Counted from the first letter of the stretch, positions 52,308 through 62,197 are shown. The stretch: DNA of 64,000 nucleotides from an uncultured delta proteobacterium (GCA_963760795.1 CAVXEP010000020.1:32001-96000); one strand, 5' to 3'. The notes: a model not told the origin generated them from the letters alone. Numbers and translations are program-made.

Positions 52308-53291
52308 TCATCGGATCACCCGGTCCGCCCGCGCCAGCACATTCGGCGGTATCGTCAGACCGATTTGCTGCGCCGCTTTCAGATTGACGATGAACTCGAA
52401 CTTCATCGGCTGCTCGACTGGCAAGTCGGCGGGCGTCCGACCTTTGAGAATTTTGTCGACATAGGTAGCGGCGCGCCGCATCAAGTCGGGAAAGCTGGCA
52501 CCGTAGCTCATGAGCCCGCCAGCTTCGACGAAATCGGACCTAGAGTAGGTCGCCGGTAGGCGGTTCTTCACCGCCAGTTCGATAAACTGCGTGCGATGCA
52601 GCGAGGCCAAGGGAGTCTGCAACACGAGGATTGCGTCGGCATGACCCTTGGTGGCGGCGAGGAATGCAGTCTCAACATCCTTAGGATCGAGCACATCCAG
52701 GTATTGAAGCTTCACCTTCAACGCCTTTGCGGCGAGTTCCACCTCTTGCAACGATTGTGCGTTACCCGGCTGGCGCGACGTCCCGAAAACAGCGATGCGG
52801 GAGAGCCGACGAACGATTTCCTTCATCAGCTCCAGTTGTTTGCCGCTTATCTCGGGCGCCAGTGTGGATAATCCAGTGATGTTTCCACCAGGTCGCGCGA
52901 GACTGGCGACGAACCCATTGCCGATGGGATCATTATCGAACCCCATGACAATCGGAATCGTGCTGGTCGCTTCCTTAGCACCTTTAGTATCCGCTGGCCC
53001 GGCCGTAACAATCACATCCACATTCAAACGCACCAATTCAGCTGCGAGGCCGGGGATGCGATCGAGCTTGCCCTCGGCCCAGCGGTAGTCAATGAAAATA
53101 GTTTTCCCCTCGACATAACCAAGTTCACGCAAACCCTGCTTGAACGCGTCGATGCGTGCCGCGGTCGCCGCCGGCGAAGTAGCACCCAGGTATCCGATGC
53201 GTGGGATTTTCGTTGGCTGTTGCGCGTCAGCCACGAATCCAAGTCCCAGCAATGTCACTGTGATGACGATCGACCTAACGATGTTATTCAT
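52308..53291 (-). CDS. ABC_sub_bind (putative Trp/Tyr-type) substrate-binding protein
   Basis: GLRELGYVEG, SLARPGGNITG, GGLMSYG, PADLPVEQP. Confidence 0.92.
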   Translation of the reverse strand: MNNIVRSIVITVTLLGLGFVADAQQPTKIPRIGYLGATSPAATAARIDAFKQGLRELGYVEGKTIFIDYRWAEGKLDRIPGLAAELVRLNVDVIVTAGPADTKGAKEATSTIPIVMGFDNDPIGNGFVASLARPGGNITGLSTLAPEISGKQLELMKEIVRRLSRIAVFGTSRQPGNAQSLQEVELAAKALKVKLQYLDVLDPKDVETAFLAATKGHADAILVLQTPLASLHRTQFIELAVKNRLPATYSRSDFVEAGGLMSYGASFPDLMRRAATYVDKILKGRTPADLPVEQPMKFEFIVNLKAAQQIGLTIPPNVLARADRVIR

Positions 53292-53365
53292 AACTCTCCT
53301 GTAAAGTTGTGCGGTACTCCTGTAATCGAAAAGCGGTCCGCGCGGTTTCTGTTCTTATTACCCTT

Positions 53366-54350
53366 TTACTTATGAACCCGGTCCGCGCGCACCAGCACGT
53401 TCGGTGGAATCGTCAGGCCGATCTGCTTCGCCGCTTTCAGATTGACGATGAACTCGAACTTCATGGGCTGCTCCACCGGGAGGTCAGCCGGCGATCTGCC
53501 TTTCAGGATCTTGTCCACATAAGTAGCGGCGCGCCGAAACAAGTCCGGGAAGCTGGTGCCATAGGACATGAGTCCACCGGCGTCGACGTATTCTCTGAAG
53601 CTGTACATCGCCGGGTACCTGTGCTTAGCCGCAAACTCCACGATCAGTCCCCGGTTTAAGAAGACCAATGGGTCCGGCAGCTCGAAAAGTGCCTGGGGCC
53701 GTTCCGTTCCCCACGCCGGACAGGACCTTTTCAATCTCTTTCTGGTTTCGCGCCTCCATGGAGAGCAATGCCACTTTCAGCGCCTGGGCCGCCACTTGCG
53801 TGTCTTTGAAAGCGGTCGGCTGACCCGGCTGGTTTGGGTTCCATATGACACCGACGCGCAAGAGGCGTGGAAGAACTTCTTTGAGTAGCTCCAGCCGTTT
53901 GCCGCTCAAGTCAGGGGAAAGGTGGGTCAGCCCTGTGATGTTTCCACCCGGACGTGCCAGGCTGGCGACAAATCCTACTCCGACTGGATCGGTGACTCCC
54001 GCCATGACAATGGGGATGGTAGTGGTTTGTTCCTTGGCGACCCGGATCGCCGGTGTCGCCGAAGAAATTATCACATCAACCTTGGCCTGGACGAACTCAG
54101 CCACGAAACCTGGCAAGCGTTCTAACTTTCCTTCGGCCCATCGGTACTCGATCACGATGTTTTGGCCATCAACATACCCAAGCTCGCGCAGCCCCTGCAC
54201 GAATGCCTCGGCGTGATGCCCGGCAGTCTTCAACGATCCGGCCCCTACGTAACCTATTCGCGGGATCTTAGTTGGCTGTTGCGCCTCGGCGGATAAGCTA
54301 AACGTGAGGATCATGGTGCATAGAGCAACGCGATAGATTTTTCTAGTCAT
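53366..54350 (-). CDS. ABC_sub_bind substrate-binding protein, apparent frameshift at about 53715
   Basis: Tandem paralog of the previous gene split between ORFs 53625..54362 and 53366..53734. Confidence 0.88.
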
Positions 54351-54562
54351 GTCTGTTCTCACTTTCGATGGTTAACGCCGCAGGTTAGTCCTGCCGTTGG
54401 CTCCCTGTCAAGTTTTTCCTCCGCTGAGCATGACGCATTCGCGGTGGTGAAAACTGTTGCCTACCCATCGATTCGTGCTATGTTCCAGCCAAATTATTTC
54501 CCAGACGTGATGACGGCGGTGATCATTTCATCCTGCCATCCTTGCTCAAACGAGGAGGCCCT

Positions 54563-55725
54563 ATGCCCGGTGCACTAGATGACATTCGCGTGATCGATTT
54601 TACCCATGCTTTGAACGGCCCGTTCTGCACCATGCTGCTCGGCCATCTGGGCGCGGAGATCATCAAGATCGAACCGCCGGCGGCGACGGCTTTCGCCGGT
54701 CGTGGATGCCGCCCGACGCAAAGGTCGACGCTTACGAATTTCTCTGGATCAACGTCAACAAGAAGAGCGTCGTGCTCAATCTCAAAAGCGCTCAAGGCGC
54801 CGAGCTGGCGCGCCAGTTGATCGCCAAAGCCGATATCGTCGTCGAAAACTACCACACCGGGCAGATGGAGAAATTCGGCCTGGGCTACGAAGATTTGAAA
54901 AAGATCAACCCGCGCCTCATCTACTCTTGCACGCGCGGCTTCGGCGAGTCGGGTCCGTACAAAGACTACGGCAGCACGGCGCATACCAACAACAGCATGA
55001 CCGGCTGGACCCACACCGGCTGGGGCTACAACAAAGCGCCGGGCACCAAGGCGATCGGCATCGGCGACGAAGCCGCCGGCGTCAGCATGGTTTGCGGCAT
55101 TCTCGCGGCGCTGCATGCGCGGGAGAAATCCGGCGAAGGGCAAAGAATCGTCGTGTCGATGCAGGAAGCGCTGTTGGGTTTCATGATCAGCGAGTTTCAC
55201 GAGCATTTCGTCGGCATCGAAGTCGGCAACTATCCGGTGCCGGCGGCGGACGGTTATTTCACGCTGCGCATACCGGATATCAGCGACAGCGGCTGGGCAA
55301 AGCTCGCGAAATTAATGGAACGCGAAGATCTGCTCGCCGACCCGCGCTTCGCCGACGCGCCGGCGCGCAAGCAGAACCGCGGGCAATTGAACGACCTGAT
55401 CAAAGCCTGGGCGAAAACCAAAACCCGCCAGGAACTTTGGCAAGGACTGCGCCACATCGACTACTTCGGCGCGCCGGTGCTGTCGATGGGCGAAGTCATC
55501 GAAGACGAGCATATCAAAGAACGCAAAGCCTTCATCGACAGGAATCACCCAGTCGCCGGCCCAACCAAACTCTTGGCGCCGTGGATTCACATGTCGAAGA
55601 CGCCAGCCAGCATCCGCGACGACGCCCCGCTGCTCGGCCAGCACACCGATGATGTTTTGGCAAAAGTCTTGGGCTTGAGCGCCACGCAGTTAAGCGCCCT
55701 GCGCGCGGAGAACGTGATTAAATAA
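54563..55725 (+). CDS. CaiB/BaiF CoA transferase, apparent frameshift at about 54690
   Basis: Close paralog of 49635..50798 ([20 protein letters not shown]); GAGGAGG RBS. Confidence 0.9.
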
Positions 55726-55891
55726 CCGCGACGAAGTAAACAAAGCATTTCGCGTCCGGGGGATTAACCCTGCGCGCGACCAAAGGGGTTGCTCGCCCCC
55801 TTTGGATTCCCGATTTAATGGCGCCCGCAGCAAGCTGCGGGGAATGTTTAGATGCAACTCTTCATCCGTCTAGCGAAAGCGGAGGTGAACG

Positions 55892-56923
55892 ATGTCTCGT
55901 TTAACTCGTAGGGGTTTTCCTGGTCGGGCGTTAATGCTCGGGTGCTCCTTCGCCTCTCTGTCCCTGTCCCTGTTTCACCCCGCAAGCGTAGCGGCCCAGA
56001 CCAAGCCGCTCAAACATATCTACGTCGGCATCTCCTCGGTCAGCATGGGCAACATCATCATCTTCGTGACCAAGGAAGCCAAACTCTATGAAAAGTACGG
56101 ACTCTATGCCGATCCGGTCGCCATGCGCGGCTCGGGCGAATCGTCCAAGGCGATGATCGGCGGCAGCATCCAATTTTCCCCCATCGCCACGCCGACAGTG
56201 ATCAACGCCGGCCTGTCGGGCGCCGATCTGGTGATCCTCGGCCATACCATGCCGGGCGTCGTTCATGCCATGGTCGTCAAGCCGGAAATCAAAAGAGTCG
56301 AAGATCTTAAAGGCAAGAAGATCGGCGTCACCACTTTCGGTTCGCTCACCGATTTTCTCGTCCAATTCCATCTGCGCAAGAAAGGGCTTAACCCCCAGCG
56401 CGACGTCGCGCTGATCCAGATCGGCGGCGATCCCGAGCGCATCGGCGCGCTCAAGCAAGGCTCCATCGACGCCGCGTCGCTGTCATTTCCCGGTTACGGC
56501 ATCGCCACCAAGATGGGTTTCCCAATTCTCTGGGATTCGGCGAAAGAGATCGATTATCCGTGGATCGAGATCACCACAAGGCGCTCGATCATTCAGAAAG
56601 ACCGCGAGATGGTGATGAATTACATGAAGGCGCATCTGGAAGCGACCGCGCTATTCAAACGTGACCGCGAGTTCGGCAAGAAAGTGATCAAGAAAGCTCT
56701 GCGTCTGGACAATGAAGAACTGGTCAACGAATCCTACGATATTTTTTCCAAGGCGTTCCTGCCTACGCCCTATCCCAACACGGCAGGGATGAAAACCAGC
56801 TTCGAATACGTCGCCGCCACCCGCCCCGAAGTCCTGGACCACAAACCGGAAGAGTATGTCGACCGCAGCTTCGTCGAAGAGCTCGACAAAAGCGGCTTCA
56901 TCAAAAAGCTCTATGAGAAGTGA
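55892..56923 (+). CDS. ABC substrate-binding protein (NMT1/SsuA-like)
   Basis: DLKGKKIGVTTFGSLTD, FVEELDKSGFI; N-terminal TRRGF resembles a Tat signal. Confidence 0.9.
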   Translation: MSRLTRRGFPGRALMLGCSFASLSLSLFHPASVAAQTKPLKHIYVGISSVSMGNIIIFVTKEAKLYEKYGLYADPVAMRGSGESSKAMIGGSIQFSPIATPTVINAGLSGADLVILGHTMPGVVHAMVVKPEIKRVEDLKGKKIGVTTFGSLTDFLVQFHLRKKGLNPQRDVALIQIGGDPERIGALKQGSIDAASLSFPGYGIATKMGFPILWDSAKEIDYPWIEITTRRSIIQKDREMVMNYMKAHLEATALFKRDREFGKKVIKKALRLDNEELVNESYDIFSKAFLPTPYPNTAGMKTSFEYVAATRPEVLDHKPEEYVDRSFVEELDKSGFIKKLYEK

Positions 56924-56932
56924 ACTGAGCGG

Positions 56933-57013
56933 ACCGACGACGTGTTGGGAAAAGTCCTGGGCTTGAGCGCCGCGCAGTTAAGCGAACTGCGCGGCGGGAA
57001 CGTCATCAAGTAG
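56933..57013 (+). pseudogene. Displaced copy of the 3' tail of the CoA transferase gene
   Basis: 66 of 81 nt identical to 55645-55725; translates TDDVLGKVLGLSAAQLSELRGGNVIK*. Confidence 0.9.
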
Positions 57014-57083
57014 CACATTGTAATTCTAGTCAGCCGAGAGAAATACCATTCTCAGAATCCGGTCTTCGCCCAGGGAGCTTCGT

Positions 57084-58184
57084 TTACCGCAAGAACTCTT
57101 TTTGAAAATAATCGGTCCACTCGTTGGCCTTTTCATGCATCACTTCCGGGGTGATGTAGCTGGCGCGCTTGAATCGTCCGCCGCCGGGCTTGAGATCGGC
57201 TTGGCGTGCCGGGACCTCCGGATGGGACGGCAGGTAGTTGGCCGCTTGCATGATCCGTTGGCCTTTGCGCGACAGGATGAAGTCGAGAAACAACATCGCC
57301 GCATGGGGATGGGGCGAATTTTTCGCCAGGCCGATGGTGCTGATGGTCGCGGTCACCGGCTCCAACGGCAACCACTCCACCGGCGCGCCGGCGGCTTTGC
57401 TGATGTAAGCATGGTGATTAAAAATCTGCAGCGCCATTGGATACTCGCCGGCGATCACCAGGTCGAGCACCTGGCGCGCGCTGGCGGTGCTCTTGGCGAT
57501 ATTTTGCATCTTCAACTTTTGTAAGTAGGCTTTGCCGGCTTCTTGTCCCATGGTGAGGAGAATGTGGCCGATGAACTGCGGCCCGCCCGAGCCGCGGCTA
57601 GTCGACCACATGATCTGCCCTTTCCAGCGCGGGTGGAGCAAGTCATCGTAGCTCTTCGGCACATCGGCCGCGCGGACGTTGCGCGTATTGTAGGCCGCGG
57701 TCATGAAATAAACGTTGCTGCTCGCCCAAAAGCCTTTGGGATCTTTGAGTTCGTTGGGGTACTCGGCCAGCTGCGGCGAATAGAAACGCTGCATGAAACC
57801 CGCCTGCTGGATCATCGTCGTCGAACCGCTACCGCTGATCAGATCGACATCGAAGCGCTTGGCCTGATATTCGAGCAGCATCTTTTGCGCGACCCGTTCC
57901 GAGTTGCCGCGAAAAAAATCCAGCTGAATAAACGGATAGTCTTTCTCGAATGCCTCCTTGAGCGGCCGCACCACCTGGTCGACAATCAGTCCGGTGTAAA
58001 AAGTAACCTTGCCCTCTTTCTTGGCGCCTTCGACGAGAATCTTCTCGCGGCCCGGCGACTTGAGCAGCGCGATGTCTTCCACCGTGGCTGCTAACGGATT
58101 TGCCCCCGGTAGCATCGCGACGCCGAGGCAAACGGCCAGGAACAACTTTAACGACCGATATCCTCTGAGATTCATCATGATCAT
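57084..58184 (-). CDS. ABC extracellular solute-binding protein
   Basis: Close paralog of 46656..47738. Confidence 0.9.
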   Translation of the reverse strand: MIMMNLRGYRSLKLFLAVCLGVAMLPGANPLAATVEDIALLKSPGREKILVEGAKKEGKVTFYTGLIVDQVVRPLKEAFEKDYPFIQLDFFRGNSERVAQKMLLEYQAKRFDVDLISGSGSTTMIQQAGFMQRFYSPQLAEYPNELKDPKGFWASSNVYFMTAAYNTRNVRAADVPKSYDDLLHPRWKGQIMWSTSRGSGGPQFIGHILLTMGQEAGKAYLQKLKMQNIAKSTASARQVLDLVIAGEYPMALQIFNHHAYISKAAGAPVEWLPLEPVTATISTIGLAKNSPHPHAAMLFLDFILSRKGQRIMQAANYLPSHPEVPARQADLKPGGGRFKRASYITPEVMHEKANEWTDYFQKEFLR

Positions 58185-58247
58185 TTTCCCCTTGCCCCTG
58201 TAATCGTTACCCATGTAAGTCGTGCCTGAACACGCAATCCTCCGTTA

Positions 58248-58388
58248 CCCCTCTTTGGCAAAGAGGGGCAGGGGAGATTTTTGGGCTCGCGCGAGCCCAT
58301 CGTCCCACAGGACAATCTGGCTGCTAACAAGACAACCGCCCTACCGCACAACCAAATCCCCCTCGATCTCCCTTTTCCAAAGGGAGAA
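58248..58388. repeat. REP-like inverted pair (CCCCTCTTT..CAAAGAGGGG type)
   Basis: cccctctttggcaaagaggggcaggggagattt ... aaatccccctcgatctcccttttccaaagggaga. Confidence 0.7.
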
Positions 58389-58590
58389 GAGATCACAAAG
58401 AACCTTCTGCCCCCTCCCTCCGTGTCCAGCGAGTGACATGTAATGCAAGAGAAGTTGCCGTCGATGCGCTGTAGAAATTTACCACGAACTAATCTTGGCG
58501 CCGTCGCATTTCAAGTTAACCGCCGATTTGACAGCTCCGACACGCTGCCATAATTTGCCTGGTGAATCATTAAGAGAGAAGGAAACAGGT

Positions 58591-59679
58591 ATGCGCGTGA
58601 TCGATTGCGACGCCCATGTCGAAGAGTGTGTCGAGACTTGGCAATTTCTCGACCCGGAATTTTATTTGTTAAGACCGATACCGGTGACGTTTCCCGAAGA
58701 CACCTGCTTCGGCTGGCATAACGCCGCCTGGGTGATCGACTACAAGCTGCGCTTCTTTGCCGCGAATCCGACCACCATGAAGCGCGCCGGGGAAAAAGAC
58801 GTGTCGATCCCGGTGCAGGAAATGCGCGATGTCAAGACTCGCCTGCGCCACATGGACGAGTTGGGCATCGACACTCAAGTGGTTTTTCCGTCGATTTGGC
58901 TTGGCTGCTTGGCCGAGAACGTCGAACTCGAAGCCGCGCTGGCGCGCAGCTACAATCAATTCATGGCGACTCAGTGCGCCCAGTCCGGCGGGAGAATTTG
59001 CTACGTCGCCATTGTGCCGTGGCGCCGTCCTGACATGGCGGTAACGGAAATTCGCCGGGTCAAAACTCTCGGCTGCGCCGCCGGCATCTATGCCCGCGGC
59101 ATCGAATGGGACCGGCCGCTCACCCATCCCGACCACTGGCCGATCTACGAAGAGGCGGCGAATCAAGATTTACCGGTCACGGTCCATGTCGGCAACGGTT
59201 CGAGTCCGATGATCCGCGAAATGTTCCAGGGCGTGCCGCGGCCGACCTACGAAGACGGCAAGCCCCATGTCCATCCCTTGGGTAAAGGCATCGTCAGCGG
59301 CCCTTACGTGCTCTACGCCTTTCAACAAATTCTCGGCTCTAGGCTGCTCGAAGATTTTCCCAAGCTGCGCGTCGCTTTCTTGGAAGCCGGCTCGGAGTGG
59401 ACAGTGCAACTGATCAAAGGCCTGCGCGGCCAGAACGGCGCGAAGATAGATCAATGGCTCGCCGAACGGGTCTTCGTATCCTGCGCCATGGACGACGACC
59501 TGCCGTACATCATCGGCAAGAACGGCGACGATTTTCTCGTCACCGCAACCGACTTTCCCCATGGCGATGCGTTCCGCCAAGATCATCTGGCCAACGGATT
59601 AAAGGCGCGCGGCGATCTGAGCGCCAGGACGATGGAGAAAATCCTCTCGGCAAATCCGCAGCGGTTGTTTCATTTTTAA
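58591..59679 (+). CDS. Amidohydrolase family protein
   Basis: VIDCDAHVEE, VHVG, FLEAG, ATDFPH. Confidence 0.92.
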   Translation: MRVIDCDAHVEECVETWQFLDPEFYLLRPIPVTFPEDTCFGWHNAAWVIDYKLRFFAANPTTMKRAGEKDVSIPVQEMRDVKTRLRHMDELGIDTQVVFPSIWLGCLAENVELEAALARSYNQFMATQCAQSGGRICYVAIVPWRRPDMAVTEIRRVKTLGCAAGIYARGIEWDRPLTHPDHWPIYEEAANQDLPVTVHVGNGSSPMIREMFQGVPRPTYEDGKPHVHPLGKGIVSGPYVLYAFQQILGSRLLEDFPKLRVAFLEAGSEWTVQLIKGLRGQNGAKIDQWLAERVFVSCAMDDDLPYIIGKNGDDFLVTATDFPHGDAFRQDHLANGLKARGDLSARTMEKILSANPQRLFHF

Positions 59680-59757
59680 CTGTAGCAGCGACCGGCGGGT
59701 CGCCCGCGGGCCAAGCCGCACGCTTAAGGTTTCACGACCACAGCTGGATTGGGCAAC

Positions 59758-61761
59758 TCAGTTGGTTTTCCAATTCCTGGCCAACCGGAAAATTTCGGCG
59801 GAACGAAAGATCTCCAACAACGCATCGTCGACTAAGCCACGCTTAGCCTCGTCGTGCAGGATATCGAGGGCCCGCTCCCACGGCACGGCCGGTTTGTAGG
59901 GCCGGTCGCCAGCCGACAGCGCGTCGTAAATATCGGCGATGGTCATCATCTTCGACTGCATCGGGATATCCTGCGCCGCCAGACTGTGCGGATAACCCGT
60001 GCCATCGAGTTTCTCATGATGCGCCGCGGCGATCTCGGCGACGTTCTTGATCTCCTTGGTCCAGGGGATTTGCCGTAGGAAATTCTGCGTGTGATCGACA
60101 TGGGATTGAATTTGCAAGCGTTCCGCCTCGTCGAGACTGCCCTGCGGGATCGCCAACAGCCGCGCCTCCTGCGGCAACAATAGCGCCAAGGGTCGCCCAT
60201 CGGCGTCGGCGACTTGCCGCGCTGCCCCCAGGGCCAAGCGCGCAAAGTTACCTTCATGTAACAGCGTCGGCTCGTTGCAGCGAACGATAAACCCTAGCAG
60301 CTCGTCGAGTTCCAGCAGCTCGGCTGCCAATTCGCCCTGGAACCCCACCTGCTGGCGCAGAAACTCGTCCCGCCCTTTGTCGAGTAGGTAAGCAAGCCGG
60401 CGTTCGCTCTGCGCGTGTTCTAAAGCTTTGCGCGCGTAGGCAAAGCGTTGTTGGATCAGTTCGAGCTGGCCGGGATAAAGCTTTTTGGCTTTGACCAGCA
60501 CCTGTTCGCGCACACCGACCTTGCCGAAGTCATGCAGCAGCGAGGCGTAGCGTATCTCCTTCATCTCATCGCGGCTGAAGCGAACTTTGCGAAATGGCGC
60601 GGTGTCGGCGCGGTCTACGGCTTGCGCCAGGCCGAGGGTCAGATCGGCGACGCGAAAGGAATGGCCGGACGTGGTCGGGTCGCGCGATTCGATGGCCGTG
60701 ACCGACGCACGCACGAAACCCTCGAAGAGAGTCTCGATGCTTTCATAGAGCCGGATGTTCTCCACCGCCACCGCGGCCTGGCTCGCCAGGGAACGCAACA
60801 TCGGCCGGCATTGCTCGGGGAAGGGCACCACCACCGCATCCACGCTCCGTTGGTCAACGCGCAGCGTCGCGTCGCGTTTGCAATTGATCAATTGCACCAC
60901 GCCGATGATTTCCCCTTGGGGATTTTTCATCGGCACGGCGAGCATCGATTTGCAGCGATAGCCGTATTCCTCGTCATAGCTGGTATTGAAAGTGAACGGC
61001 AAGTCGCAAGGAATTTGATAAACATTGTCCAATACCAACTCCGTGCCGGTAAGCGCGACGTATCCAGCGATACTGGTATGATCGATCGGCAAATAGGTCT
61101 CGGCCATAGGCTCTTGGATGCTGTCGTTTTGCGTCTGGGTAAAACGCAACCGGTGCCCGCCATCGCCGTCGTCCTCGACCAAGTACAGTGACCCGGCGTC
61201 GCTCTGACTAATCTCCCGGCTTTTCTGCAGGATCAAATTGAGCAGCGATTCGCGGTCATGCTGAGACGACAGCGCGATGCCGATCTCATTGAGCCGGTCG
61301 ATCTCGCTCTGAGTGCGCTGAACTTGTTTTTCAATCTCGCTCTGCCGGCGCCACAGCAATAGATTATCAAAGGCAGTGCGAATCTGGCTGCCCAAGACCG
61401 GCGCCGGCGCGGCGATCTGCACGACCGCGAAAATCGGCAGGCCGCTCGCGTGTGGCAATACCTCGTCACCCGGGCCGGCAACGTATAACAGTCGCGCGCG
61501 ATGGTCACGGATCGCCGCGCGCCAACTTTCATTGAGCAACTCCAGCCGGTCGACCAATGCCACCGCAAGACCGCCCTCCCCAGCGGGACAATTTTCCGCC
61601 AGCGGCAGAATCCGCCAGTGAGGATCAAGTCCGCTGAGCGACGGTGCCCAGTCGTCATACTGATAATAAACTTGCCGGCCGAGGCCAGCTTGAAGGAAAT
61701 CTCCGCCGCTTTGGGTTTGCGCGGTATCACTCGCGCGAGCAGATGGATCGTTAAATTTCAT
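59758..61761 (-). CDS. GAF + HD-GYP cyclic-dinucleotide phosphodiesterase
   Basis: GAF domain (DAGSLYL, SMLAVPM), RDPTTSGHS, LLHDFGK, HHEKLDGTGYP, ADIYDAL. Confidence 0.92.
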   Translation of the reverse strand: MKFNDPSARASDTAQTQSGGDFLQAGLGRQVYYQYDDWAPSLSGLDPHWRILPLAENCPAGEGGLAVALVDRLELLNESWRAAIRDHRARLLYVAGPGDEVLPHASGLPIFAVVQIAAPAPVLGSQIRTAFDNLLLWRRQSEIEKQVQRTQSEIDRLNEIGIALSSQHDRESLLNLILQKSREISQSDAGSLYLVEDDGDGGHRLRFTQTQNDSIQEPMAETYLPIDHTSIAGYVALTGTELVLDNVYQIPCDLPFTFNTSYDEEYGYRCKSMLAVPMKNPQGEIIGVVQLINCKRDATLRVDQRSVDAVVVPFPEQCRPMLRSLASQAAVAVENIRLYESIETLFEGFVRASVTAIESRDPTTSGHSFRVADLTLGLAQAVDRADTAPFRKVRFSRDEMKEIRYASLLHDFGKVGVREQVLVKAKKLYPGQLELIQQRFAYARKALEHAQSERRLAYLLDKGRDEFLRQQVGFQGELAAELLELDELLGFIVRCNEPTLLHEGNFARLALGAARQVADADGRPLALLLPQEARLLAIPQGSLDEAERLQIQSHVDHTQNFLRQIPWTKEIKNVAEIAAAHHEKLDGTGYPHSLAAQDIPMQSKMMTIADIYDALSAGDRPYKPAVPWERALDILHDEAKRGLVDDALLEIFRSAEIFRLARNWKTN

Positions 61762-62094
61762 GGCAATTACGCTACCGTTCGGCCAATGACCGGATAATAA
61801 CTATGTAGCGGCAGCCTACTCAACCAGCTAGGGTCAGGCCCAAACAGGAACGATCTTGACGCTCGGATTTCTCCGCCAAGGTATCGATAAAGGGACGCAG
61901 ACATTGCGACCGGCGAAATACTCTCTTTCTAAGTCAGCCACTGATCCAGGCAAAAGACGAGAATGACAGCCGCGCCATCGCCACTGACGATTTTGGTCCT
62001 CCCACTGGGCTTCCCCCGCCAACCCGATCTGACTCACAGCTGAAAATTTTGACAACCGGGGTTCGCCACGACGCATGCAGATTCGCCTGTCGAG

Positions 62095-62110
62095 TGGCAT
62101 GAGGCGTGCT
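62095..62110 (+). promoter_or_regulatory. Putative sigma-54 promoter
   Basis: TGGCATGAGGCGTGCT, GG-N10-GC, about 90 nt upstream of ATG 62198. Confidence 0.5.
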
Positions 62111-62197
62111 CTTTCTCAAACACCAAAACATATTGGCTTCACCAACTCCCGGCGGACTCCCGTCCTGGATCTATGAACAGTGGAAAGGATCGCAACT

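Noticed and set aside
54670-54710. Programmed ribosomal frameshifting in the split genes
   Set aside because: No slippery heptamers were seen at the breaks, an intact paralog exists (49635..50798), and the high frequency fits assembly error.
61860-61985. Possible c-di-GMP-I riboswitch between the HD-GYP gene and the protease (fragments gggacgca, gccac...atgacagccg)
   Set aside because: The GGCAAA/GAAA-tetraloop stem and the GCAAAGC junction cannot be assembled with correct spacing; an Infernal search with the Rfam c-di-GMP-I model would be needed.
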